A model generated the notes under the pieces. It made no database searches, was not told where the DNA came from, and saw nothing but the letters and a program-made list of their open reading frames with translations. From Squalus acanthias (Eukaryota): DNA of 64,000 nt. The position numbers and the translations under genes are program-made. Position 1 is the first letter of the stretch, and the number at the start of each line of letters is the position of its first letter. Positions 12,237 through 23,557 of the stretch are shown piece after piece. The stretch lies in the NCBI GenBank assembly GCA_030390025.1, contig CM059432.1, positions 109,618,001-109,682,000 of the forward strand. The letters run 5' to 3'.

Positions 12237-13475
12237 CTAAGCAAATCTGGCCAAGATGAGTGCGTACCTTGCATCCCGGGCAGCTATGGTCTCGCGTAAT
12301 GCTGCCGCTGGTTGATGGGCCTCTGCAAGATGTTCGTTTTCGCTCTCCTCCTCCTCCTCATCTGAGGAGGCTATGTGAGGAGCCACTTGGTCCTCAGGAA
12401 TCTGCAAGCCACGACGCTGTGCCATGTTGTGAAGTGCACAGCAAACCACGATGATTCTGGAGACCCTGGCTGCTGAGTACTGCAGGGCTCCACCTGATCT
12501 ATCCAGGCATCTGAAGTGCATCTTCAGCAAACCGATGGTTTGCTCGATTATGGCTCTGGTGGACATGTGGCTGGTGTTGTAGTTCTCCTCAGTTTCGTTG
12601 GATGGGCTCCTCAACAGCGTCATTAGTCACGTCTTCAGGGGATAGCCCTTGTCTCCAAGTAGCCATCCGTTAAGTTGGTCTGGCGGACTGAATAGCGGAG
12701 GCACACTAGACTGGCGCAGTATGAAGGAGTCATGGCAACTGCCAGGGTACTTGGCACAAACATGCAAAATTTTCTTCTTGTGGTCACACACCAGCTGAAC
12801 GTTAAGGGAGTGGAAGCCCTTGCGGTTGACAAAAATACCTGGATTGTGATGGGGTGCCTTAAGGGCCACATGTGTGCAGTCAACGATGCCCTGCGCCCTT
12901 GGAAAGCCTGCCAGATTAGCTAATCCAACCGCATGCGCCGTGATACTTGCTCGATCCTTGGTGAAATGGATATGATTGTGCGCGATGGCAAAGAGGGCAT
13001 CGGTTACCTGCGTGATGCAAGTGTGTGCGGCCGCCTGGGAGATGCTGCTGATGTCTGCTGCTGATCCCTGGAATGAGCCTGAGGCAAAAAAGTTGAGTGC
13101 GGTGGTGACTTTGATGGCCACTGGTAAGGGTTGTCCACCTGGTCCTCTGGGCTCCAGGTCTTGTTGCAACATAGCACAGATGTCACCCACTACCTCTCGC
13201 GAAAGTCGGAGCCGCCTTTGGCACTGCTGCTCAGACATGTTGAGGTAGCTGACCCTGTGTCTGTAGACCCTTTTTGGGGGGTATCTCCTGCGCCGACGGG
13301 CTTCCATGCGCTGGCCCCTTCTGGCCTATGCAGCTTCAGGCGGGTGAGCAGCAGCTTGGCGCTCCTGTTGTTGCTGCTGCTGTTGGTGCTGCTGTTGTTC
13401 ATGGTTCTGCTGGTGCCGCGGCTGGTCTTCGTCCTCATCTGATGTCCAGAAGGGAAGGAAATAAATGGCTCCCAT
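12237..13475 (-). pseudogene. Harbinger (HARBI1-like) DDE transposase with two nonsense codons
   Basis: [51 protein letters not shown]; in-frame stops at ~13326 and 12627. Confidence 0.93.
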
Positions 13476-15584
13476 GCTACTGGTATATGCCTCAGTTGAG
13501 GAAGCGCTAAGTCAAGGTGACGAGAGGGGTTTCCCAGGAGGTCACACTGGAGATGGGTGTCAGGCTCCAAACTTCCACAGCTGTGGTTATGCCTTCTAAA
13601 AGTTCCCCCAGACCTGAGACAGCAAAGTCCTGCCACCTGCAAATGATGGCTGATCAAATCTCCTATTTAATGGTTGAGCTGCAGCTGAGAGTCAGCAATC
13701 CAATTGTGCTACCGTCAGGTTTCACCGTCGTGTTTCAGAACAGGCGTGCTTCACGTGGGAAAAGGGTTAAAATCACAAAGGCCTATCAAAATGGAATTAT
13801 AGAGGCACTGGTTGTTAAGGGCCTTAACGGCCTATCCCGCCTCTTGGAGGTGGGACGGAGACAGGACCAGTAGACACGATTTAATGAAAATTGCTTGGAG
13901 GCGGGATGGAGGCAGGGTTGGGCCTGCCCGCCAGTTTTTGCAATTTTAACCATCCACACGCCTCCAACCCCGCCTCAACAGCCCGATGAAATTCGAGCCC
14001 AATGTGTCTCAGCAGTGGGTGCTGGAGATGTTGCGTTCTGACAGTCCTCAGGATAGGGCTGCTGAGTGAACAGGGAGCAAGGAGCATAAAAAGTCTAAGG
14101 AAAAGGCGATTTGGCTCCTGTGCCTGCAGAAACAGGTCCAACTGCTCAGGGAGCAGGTTGGAAAGCTGCAGGCCGAGCTCAGGGAATCAGAAGAAAAGTC
14201 AGACGCAAGGGGGATAGTGGGTAATATATTAATGGAGGAGCTGCTCGAGGAAGACAGGAGAAACGCGCACAGGAGGAAACCTCCCATTACACTGGGGAGT
14301 ACCTGCAGTGCCAGGTCACCGAGGCCAAGCTCAATGAGCAGGCTGTAAGGGAGGAGACCGCCCGCTTAACAGGTAAAGTTGATGGGCTAGAGGGGCAGCT
14401 TAGAGACATAAAGGCAGCCTACAGGGTAGCCAGGAGCAGAGGGTACGAGGATTTAAATCACGGGCCCTGTGAGGAAAGGATAAATGGTCTGACCCAAGCC
14501 CTGTCCAAAGCCAGAGGGATGGTTTGCTTAACAACCCCGGGGGAAGTTCGGGTGGACTGGGAACAGGAAAGACAGGTGTCTGAGGATTGGGTCTGGGATA
14601 GGGGAGTCCCACCGGCGCCGGAAGCGCCACCGAGACCAATGTATCCTCTGCGGCAGCAAAAGTACGGTCCGCCCGCACAAAACGGTGCTCAGGGCCCGCT
14701 GCAGAGCGATTACGTGGTCCCGTTTACCACCCCACAACTGCAGGCTATGATAGCAAGCATGCCCAAATTAAGAAAAGAAGGGGACCCCTCCGTTCACTTC
14801 ATGGAAGTGGAGCAAATTGGGGGGATCAATGGGTGTAGTGAGGGCGAAACTCACAGGCTGTTACTATTTTCCCTGGATGGGAAATTATACCAGGCCCTGT
14901 CCGCAGCCACCAAGCTGATTTAAAGGAGAAAATCCTGAGAGCCATGGGACATACCCAGGGTAGTCTGTTCTCCCGAGTGGAGCGAACGCTGCAGCTGGCT
15001 GGCGAAGCACCGCAGGCATTCGCAGACAGGCTATGGCCTGTATATGAAAAGGCCACGGGTGGGATACTAGACAGGTTACAGCTGCAAGGGGATCCAGGAA
15101 TCACTGGCTCAGGACCCTCGTGGCAAACAGTTTGCCACGAATAAGGGCAAAAGCAGAAGCCTGGTTTGACCCCGAGGACCTCACAAATATGGAGGCAGGC
15201 GTGCTCAGAAAGCTGAGTCTAGCCTTTAAGGCCGATTCCGGGGAGGAGGTCAAACCAAAGGGAAGGGTCCACGAAATGAAAGCCAGTGAGGGTAATAGGA
15301 AGGAATGGCATCAGGAAGGGGTTAGTGCAGAAAAGGCAAGGACATGTTTCGGGTGTGGGAAGACGGGACACTGGAGGCAAGAGTGCCCGACCCAGAAAAA
15401 GGGGCAAGGCCGAGGGGATCCTCCGGTGCAAAAGGCACAGACAGTCGAGGCGAAGGGGGTTACCGGGGAACCGTTTGACGTTCTGGTGGCTGCCCTTCAG
15501 ACGATTTTTGTGCAGGAGAAAGGGAGGGTAGACGCTGCCGCGAGCAGTGTGATCCTGACTGCTCCCGTATGCCCAACATCCTGA

Positions 15585-18500
15585 CTAGAGCGCGCCCAGC
15601 CTGAGTACCTGTGTCCGCTCACGTACGATGAGTGGGGCAGACCTTGTGTGAAGATGGGGGTGGAGACGGTACACGGGAAGTACTTGGTGGACACCGGGGC
15701 CTCGAGCACGGTGATCCATTCAAGGGACCCGACTAACTCACCCTGGTCTAGCAGGATCCCATTCAGTCTCGTTGGATTCACAGGGAACGAGCAGGCTGGG
15801 GCAATGTCCAAACCTTTGGCCATAGAACTAGGATCCCCCCATACCACGTGGGAGTGCGTCCTGATAAAGTGGGAACAGCCAGGGTCAGGAGTCCTTATGT
15901 TAGCCCATCATATAATAGTGGATTTAAGGAATCACTGCCTGTGGGGGGCAGCGGATTTAGATAAAGCTGAGGAGGTGCAAGTAATCCCTAAGGATAGGGA
16001 AGGAAGGGGTAGTGTGTGTACTATGAAGCCCAAGGGGAGTTACGACCTGGAGCAATTGGTCAGTAATACCCCAGCCAAGTATCAGGTGAACGTGAGAGAC
16101 AATCTCGCATCGTTCGCCATGCACAAGCACGACTGTGGCCGGATGACGGGGGTAGAAGTCCGAGTACACGGGGACCCCATGTCACGGCCACAAAAGCAGT
16201 ATAATTTCCCCAGAGAGGCAGAAGCCGACTTGGAAACGGCACTGGGATCCCTGGTAGAACAGGAGGTGTTGAGGCCGATAGCCACCCACGTGAACTCACC
16301 ACTCTGACCGGTTAGGAAACCCGACCAGTCGTGGAGAGCCACCGTGGACTATCGGGTAATCAATAAAAAATCCCAGCCTGCGCGCCCACAGTCGCGGCTG
16401 TTGCCGATCTGATAGGGAGCATTCCAGCGACCGCAACCACTTTTACGGTGCTGGATATCTCCAATGGGTTTTGGTCGATTCCTCTAAAAAGGGAAGACCA
16501 ATACAAGTTTGCCTTTACTTTTAAAGGGCAACAGTACACCTGGACATGCCTTCCCCAGGGGTTTCACAACAGCCCTTCCATATTCCACCAGTGTATGGAG
16601 GACGCCTTAAAGGGTTTTAGCCGACCTCAGCAGCTAGTACAGTATGTGGCCGATTTGCTTTTGTTCTCTGCCGAGGGGGAGGAGCATGGGCCACTGCTGG
16701 CCGAGTTGCTCGAGCTGCTGAGGGAGGCCGGGTTTAAAGTAAACCCGAAGAAAGCCCAGATCGACTGCGACGAAGTCAAATTCCTCGGGCTGACGGTGAG
16801 GGCAGGGGAAAGGGCCATAGATGAGGCGAAAAGAAAGGCAGTACAGGAGTTACCAGTCCCCAAGGACATAACAGGGGTAAGATCCTTCCTGGGACTCACA
16901 GGGTACTGCAGGGATTTTATTGAGGGTTACGCAGCCACGGCAGCCCCTCTGCTTCGGCTCCTCCACAAGGGAGTCGAGTGGGAGTGGTATCAGAACTGCC
17001 AGGAAGCGTTCACTCGCCTCAAAGAGGATTTGCAGACAGCTCCTGCACTGGGGGCCATCAACGGTGGGGAGGAATTCTTTTTAGAGGTAGCAGCCAGTGA
17101 GGATAGCTTGAGTGCGGTGTTGCTCCAGGAGCGGCACGGCAAGCTACGGCCCGTGGTCTACTCATCTAGGGTTCTCATCAAGGTAGAACGGGGATATTCC
17201 AACTGCGAGAAGCATCTCCTGGCCACGCATTGGGCTGTAAAGCGCTCACAGCTCTTTACGGGATCATCCCTGATAGTTCTACTTGCCCACCATACCCCCA
17301 CTCAGATGTTGTTGGACGGGAGAATAAAGGACAGGACAGTGAGCAGTGCTCGCATTGCTCGCTGGACTTTATTGCTCTCGCAGATAAATCTGAGAGTGCA
17401 GGGGTTGACTGAGCCCAAGTTGGCAGCGAACATGATTTACCCAGGTACGGCCCACATGTGTACGGTAGAAAGGGTATGGGACGTGGATGTCGGGTTCCGG
17501 GCCGGGTTACACCCGACAGGCAGGGACATTTACGTGGACGGGTCCAGTTCGGTAGCAAAGGGGGAGCGCTTCACCGGGTGCGGGATTTATGACCCCACGG
17601 CTAAGATAGCTAAGGCCCTTAAACTCCCCAGCACCCTGAGCGCTCACCACGCTGAACTGGCGGCGGTGGCATATGTGGTCACCCACCCCAATGAGTTCCC
17701 CACCCCCTACACCATCTGCTCGAATTCCATGTTTACATGTAATTCATGCACTGAGTACCTGGCCATCTGGGCTCGGCGCGGTTTTAAATCCGCGGATGGG
17801 AAGCCCCTAGCAACAGCACCGCTGCTAGGGAGGATTTTGGAGGTCACGGGCACCCGGGGAGATCACTATATACATAAGGTCAAGGCCCACTCTAAGACAG
17901 AGCCCAGAAGGGAAGGTAACCAAAGGGCCGACGAGTTGGCCAAGCAGGGGGCCAGGGAAGGAGAGTTCTGGGATCCCTATGAAGTAGGCCCGGTAGCAGC
18001 AATCCGGGACAAGGGAGGAACACCGGGGGTAACTTTGGCCCCAGACTTAAATCAAATCCAAGCCCAGGATCCCGTCCTTAAGGCTATCCTGGGGAAGAAG
18101 GAAAAGGGCGAACAGGTAGAGGGTCCGTTCGGAGCAGTGGACATTACCGTTAAACAGGGTATGCTATTTAAAGGGGATCGGTGGATAGTTCCCAAGTGGT
18201 ACCAGAGGGAATTCCTCCAGTTGTCCCACGGGGGCCCAGGAGCGGGACACCCAGGGCCGGAAACTACCTGGCAGAGGGTAGAACAGGCAGGGTGGTGGCC
18301 GCAAGTCAGGGAGGATGTCCGCGACTTTTGCGCGGACTGCCTGGTGTGCGCAGCAAACAACCCCGATCCTCAGCGAAGGAAAGTCCCCATAGGACACACA
18401 AGGAGGGTAGAGGGACCATGGCAGTCCCTCCAGGTTGATTACATTGGACCACTACCCACCACACAGGCAGGTAACAAATACTGCCTAGTCCTGGTGGACG

Positions 18501-19449
18501 TGTTCTCCAAGTGGGTGGAACCTTCCCTTGCCGAGCAGCCACGGTTTTGGCGACAGCAAGGATTCTGGTAAAGGAAGTGTTCTCCCGGTGGGGACTGCTA
18601 CAGGTCGTGGAGTCCGGCCATGGGAGTCATTTCACGGGGCAAGTAATACAGGCCACCTTGAAGCTTTTAGGGATTGAGGGGAAGTGGCATGTGGCTCACA
18701 ACCCACAGTCATCGGGGGTTGTGGAGCACCTTAACCGGACGATTAAAGAAAGGCTACGGACAGAGACAGGGTCGTCCCCGAAAAAGTTGGATGAGGTCCT
18801 GCCGTTATTTTTAATGGGTGTCCGGGCCAGCCTCTCCAGAAGCACAGGGTATTCCCCGCATGAGCTCATGACCGGGAGGGTCATGCGCACCCCCACCCAC
18901 GTTTTGGCACTGGTCCTAATGGAAGCCCAAGTCCGGGAAGTGAACCGGGACAAGTTTGTACAGAATCTGTATGATAAATTAAAACAGATTCACTGGCAGG
19001 CAGCCAGTAACATGAGGAATCAGCACCGGAAAAATCGGTTGCTGCTCAAGCCCCAGAAAACCCACGAGTGGAAGGTGGGAGACCAGGAAATGGTACGGAA
19101 CTATGCCCGGGTAGGGGCATTTGAGCCACTATACATGGGGCCGTATAGCACAGTGGACAAGGCAAGCCCCATGGTGTACGCGGTTAAACTCCCAAAATGC
19201 ACAAAGTGGTTCCATATTAACCAGTGCAAGCGGTTTAACCCAGGGGAGAGAACAACAAAAGTAAAACGACACCAAGGCCCAATGATGAGCATGGTGGACG
19301 CGGGTCTTCCTCCCATGATTTGGGATGACGATGACCCGGTGGTCGGGACGGTAAGGAGGAGCAGTAGGGTCCCACGGCCGAGGACACCGTGGACGCCTCC
19401 TTACATGCCGACCGTGAGCCGCAAAAGGTCCCGGCAAGAAGAGTCTTAG
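15585..19449 (+). pseudogene. pol: pro-pol: aspartic protease, RT, degenerate tether RNase H, second RNase H, integrase
   Basis: LVDTGAS; LDISNGFWSI; LPQGFHNSP; YVAD (YVDD mutated); tether FLEVAAS..YSNCEK; IYVDGSS..AELAAV..KVKAH..GNQRAD; HHCC finger; QVDYIGP; stop at 16305, frameshifts at ~16368 and ~18525. Confidence 0.95.
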
Positions 19450-19577
19450 CGGGGGCACCCGGCAACACGGTTAGTGATGTACATAGTTCTTGTATATAAC
19501 AAAGCCAGACCTGTGGAGGTAAACCCTCTCACAGAAAGGGATTGTTGCTTTTTGTTTCATAGGAAGCCGAGGACGGA

Positions 19578-21904
19578 ATGGAGACAGCCCTGAGACTGAG
19601 CGTGATCTTGATGTTGGCCGGAACGGGGCACAGCAGGAGAGGGGACACCAAATCGTCCCTTCTCTACGGCTGTATTGGGGGGACGGACCCACTGTGACTA
19701 AGGGGGGTAGGAGGGGGGACACAGATGGGATGACAGCCTACTTCCACGAGGGAAGATGGCCAGGGTGGCTGGGGTCCAATTCGATGAAATACTCCAGCCA
19801 CGCCGGGTTCACGTACGGGGAGGCTTCCCTACCATGTCCCCAACTGAAGATCACAGCCACACGGGTTAGGGTGACCGAGGGCAAGTGCGTTTGCTTAAGA
19901 TGCAAGGGACACATTCCCCTGGGACGGTGGTGGTGGCTTAGGAAGTTGAGTCAGGACAAGGGGAACAGGTCAGCGGACTGGGAAAGACTGGGGAACGACA
20001 CATACCGACAGATCACGGGGACGAAGGGGGGAGTGGAAGTGTGCTGGAACAAGTAGTGGAAGGAGGTACAGGGGATTTATGTGTGTGTGGGGGGCTCAGA
20101 ACGGATCTGCCCAGCGGGTGTGTCGATTGCTTTCATACGGCAATGGCAGGATTCCGGGGCTGGTATGGGATGGGATCGGACTTTGGATGCTTGCGTAGTC
20201 CCAGATCCTCCCAACACAATAAATTCCACGGAACTGGTAGTGCACGATAGGAAGCCCCTGCCCACAGCCCCACCGGTACAGGAGACAGAAGTTAGGTGTC
20301 CCACCATCACACCAGGCCCAGGGAATGGTTTAGTTCTAGTCCCGATCGGGAAGGTTTTATTCCAGGATGTACATTACGCGGCCGCGTCAGTCATCTTAAA
20401 TTTAACCCGGGTGCAGCTGCCCGAGTGGTGTCCGAAGGAGACTGAGCAGTTTTACGAAGCCCTTATTAAAGAAATGTTCCGCCAATTTTTCGAGCTCAGC
20501 TACGGGGATGTGAGTCGGGAGAAACTGTATGGCATGGATGCGTACTATAGAGGCAATCCGGGTAGACAAAGGCGAGGGACGGTTAATGACATGGCCACGG
20601 CTTTTAGCACGGGCACGTCCCTCGTCAATAGTATGGATGATATCCAGCTGCAGATGCAGATTAATAGTTTAAAGGATCAGCTGTGAAAGATACTGGGGGA
20701 AGGGAACGAGGTGGAAGGTTTGGAGCTAAAAGAAGACCAGGCGATGACCATTCATTTAAAAGAGGTCATCGCTGAGCTGGAGACACACGCCAAGACCATC
20801 AACGATTTGATACGGGAGGACAGGAATGTCTCGGCACAGGCAGCCAGAAGTGATGCGTGTGTGTTGTACGGTGCGTGGTTGCTAAACGAGGGACGCAGTC
20901 ATCTGGAGGACTTACAACAAGGCCGCGTCCCGTCGTGGGTTAGCAACCGACACCTCACAGCGCTCAGCCCATATCATAATTCGATGAGCCCGTGTCAGCT
21001 CCGATTAGCTTCCGAAGCCTACCCAGTCCCAGTTGATTGTGGACGGTCCAACCACACGGTTATGGGGATTGTACTGCGGATGCCGGTAATGGGCGGGTCA
21101 CCACAGCCAGTGCTGGTATACCGGGTCGATAACATTGGCGTCTTGAGGGACGGGGTGCATGTGCGGTATCATGGGGCCCCACCGTTTGTTATAAAGTGGG
21201 AGCACGCCATGACCGGCACTGACCTCAAGGGGTGCTAGAGCAGGGGCGCACACGTGATATTGTGTCCCCAGCACCTGAACGCGTTCGATCGACCAGTGTG
21301 TGGGTTTGAATCGGAAAGTGCAGAGCCCATTAATTGCATCATGGAGGTGATGGCCCAGAGCCACGTTCCACCTCAGGTAGCATACGCAGGCGACGGGACG
21401 TACTGCGTCACGACAAGCGTGGACAAGTATCGGGTACACAACAACACTTGGTGCCCGGTCACCGATTCGATTTTCTGCTTCAAACCCCACACAGAAGTTC
21501 AGGTGGCGCAAGAGCGCATCCTTCCCATTTCAGAGCCATCCACAGTACACCTCATGGTTAACAACATGGTACAGAATCTGCAGCAGTACGTTACACGGTT
21601 CGGGTACGAGATACAGCCTCTGCCCGAACACCTCACAAAATTAATAAAAGCCGTTGAGCTGTCACAAAAACATTTTTACACGCTCGAACAGCGAAACCGG
21701 GACACAGGGGAGGAAATTAAAGGGATGATTTCCCCGCCCTGGTGGGACATTGGGTTAGATGTCGAGATCCCTCCGTGGATTCGGATATGTTCGCACACTC
21801 TTGTAATTATACAGAGTTTGGTGGTATTGTACTTGTTACGGCTCTCCTGTGAAAAGCGAAGCAAGACACTCCGAAGTCGTTGGCAGGCCCTGATTAAAGG
21901 GTAA
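19578..21904 (+). pseudogene. env: env: signal peptide, Ig-like domain, F-protein-like class I fusion glycoprotein, TM anchor (~775 codons)
   Basis: splice acceptor TTTTTGTTTCATAG ending at 19562; METALRLSVILMLAG; furin site RQRR at 20564-20575; heptad region; Cys-rich domain; TM ICSHTLVIIQSLVVLYLL; four ORFs in one frame separated by single stops. Confidence 0.85.
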
Positions 21905-22072
21905 CCAGGAGCTTTGTTCTCTGTAAAAAGTTGTATAAGTATGTATTTGTGATTTAAGAACAGAACCTGGGGATTTTATAGGTAATGAATGGCTTGGTTG
22001 GGGCTCACGATGCTTCTACACAGTGGAAGAAGACAAGGATGCTTGATATTCCAGTGGGGACATTGAAATATC

Positions 22073-22081
22073 AAAGGGGGG
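22073..22081 (+). promoter_or_regulatory. polypurine tract
   Basis: AAAGGGGGG 2 nt before the 3' LTR TG. Confidence 0.85.
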
Positions 22082-22083
22082 TC

Positions 22084-23334
22084 TGTAAGCATCGAATGCA
22101 GGCCCCAAGTTCATTTTTTGAATGATTGTCACCAACAACCTGTTTGGAGAAGATGGGAGGGGCCCAGCTGTTCGTGATGGACAGCAGATTCCAGCCAGGC
22201 CTACAAATTAATTATGGGAGAATTTCTGGGCAGACAGATTTCTCTGGGAAGACAATGGGTCTGGGTAGGTGACTCATACGGTTACGAGCACCTAGATGAG
22301 ATAGCCCTGAAAGGCGGGAAACGGACAAAAAAAAGAGGGCCATTGTAAATTAATGGGAAGCCACTTAACCCAGGATCAGGTGAAAAGTGCGGCCCATCTG
22401 CCATTATCACCAGCACCTAGATGGGATAGCCCCAAAAGGCAGGAAACCAGACAAAGAAGACAAAGAAGGGTGATTAAAAAGACATCACTGCAACTACACA
22501 GGGCAGAGTGAACTTTTAGGATATAATGCGGAGATGCCGGTGTTGGACTGGGGTGGACAAAAATGAGAAGTCGCACAACACCAGGTTATAGTCCAACAGT
22601 TTTATTTGAAATTACGAGCTTTCGGAGTTCTGCTCCTTCTTCAGGTACCTGACGAAGGGGCAGCAGCTCCGAAAGCTCGTAATTTTAAATAAAACTGTTG
22701 GACTATAACCTGGTGTTGTGCGACTTCTCATTTTAGGATATAGAGGAGGCAGCTTGGCCATTTCTCTCTCTCTCGCTTGCTCTAAACCACCACGAGCGAC
22801 AAGAGCCTTGCCTTGCTCTCCGACTGTAGGAACAAACCTCGAAACTGGGACTTGGATACTGCATCGGCGATACGGAACCAGGAGACACGTTCTACACAGG
22901 GGAACAGCGAGCAAGAAAACAGACAATCAGAGTGAGCATTGTCCAAGCCCACGCATCCTTAAGACCACCGGTACTGTGTGAGGGGGTGTTGTGTGTCCCA
23001 AGCAAGCCAGAGGGGTTTAGTGGGGAGGTTCTGTGTGTATTATATAGTGTATGTGGGACAAGTCCATGTTATACTCTGTATTGCAACACAGTGATTTTAG
23101 GCATCTTAATACGAGACAGGGGCCTGTTCAACGGGCCAAGCTGTATTGTTGTACTGTTTGTTTTACGCCACCAGGCATTTTACGTACTGGAGGCGGGTGT
23201 GTGTGTTAACCTTATTAACACCGTACGGTTGAGTCTGAAAAGCTTGTCTGTGTCCCAATCCTGTTCACCGAAATTCCTGTCGTATAGAACTAAGTAGGAG
23301 GGGTGATTCGAACCACCAAAGCAAACCACCTACA
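22084..23334 (+). repeat. 3' LTR (contains a Penelope-derived insertion)
   Basis: direct repeat of the 5' LTR plus an insert at 22526-22730 and a short internal duplication at ~22412-22447. Confidence 0.97.
22526..22730. mobile_element. palindromic Penelope-end insertion with two minimal hammerhead ribozyme cores
   Basis: 12-bp TSD TTTTAGGATATA; arms match the Penelope terminus at 53982 and 58505; CTGACGA-stem-GAAAGCTC on +, CTGAAGA-stem-GAAAGCTC on -. Confidence 0.88.
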
Positions 23335-23557
23335 GCACTACACACCTGTCTTAAGGCGCAAAGGCCGAGGTGCAAGACGCTACCTCAGAGCGCTGGCGAA
23401 GCTCAGGTGATGTCAGTTAGCTATGGAACACAGACACACTGGCGCCGGCAAGTTCTTAACGGGGAAGGTCGATGTTGCTCTCCAGCCACACCCTGATCAT
23501 TGCAGCCTTGAATCTCGGCCTGGACAGACCTCAACCTCAAATCTGCTGCAAAGAACT

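Larger units (their letters stand above)
9716..14000. mobile_element. PIF/Harbinger transposon family A, full length (4285 bp)
   Basis: imperfect TIRs GGGCTGGATTTTGAT / ATGAAATTCGAGCCC; TSD AAT; convergent Myb and transposase genes. Confidence 0.95.
9644..15584 (+). pseudogene. gag: gag (coiled-coil N-terminus, capsid, CX2CX4HX4C zinc knuckle), split by the Harbinger at 9716-14000
   Basis: MESLESKRSAMGDRISSYVFSKVN|VSQQWVLEML after removing the insert; CFGCGKTGHWRQEC; several stops and frameshifts. Confidence 0.9.
8582..23334 (+). mobile_element. full-length endogenous lokiretrovirus-like provirus (LTR-gag-pro-pol-env-LTR)
   Basis: paired TGTAAG...CTACA LTRs, 4-bp TSD GCAC (8578-8581 and 23335-23338), PBS, PPT, dual RNase H, F-like Env. 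Confidence 0.9.

Noticed and set aside
12237..13475. Host HARBI1 gene (or NAIF1/MSANTD for the partner ORFs)
   Set aside because: Multi-copy, flanked by TIRs and TSDs, and carrying nonsense mutations, so these are transposon genes
14060..21240. APOBEC-type hypermutation explaining Trp-to-stop changes
   Set aside because: Too few events, mixed sequence contexts, and similar stops occur in the DNA transposons
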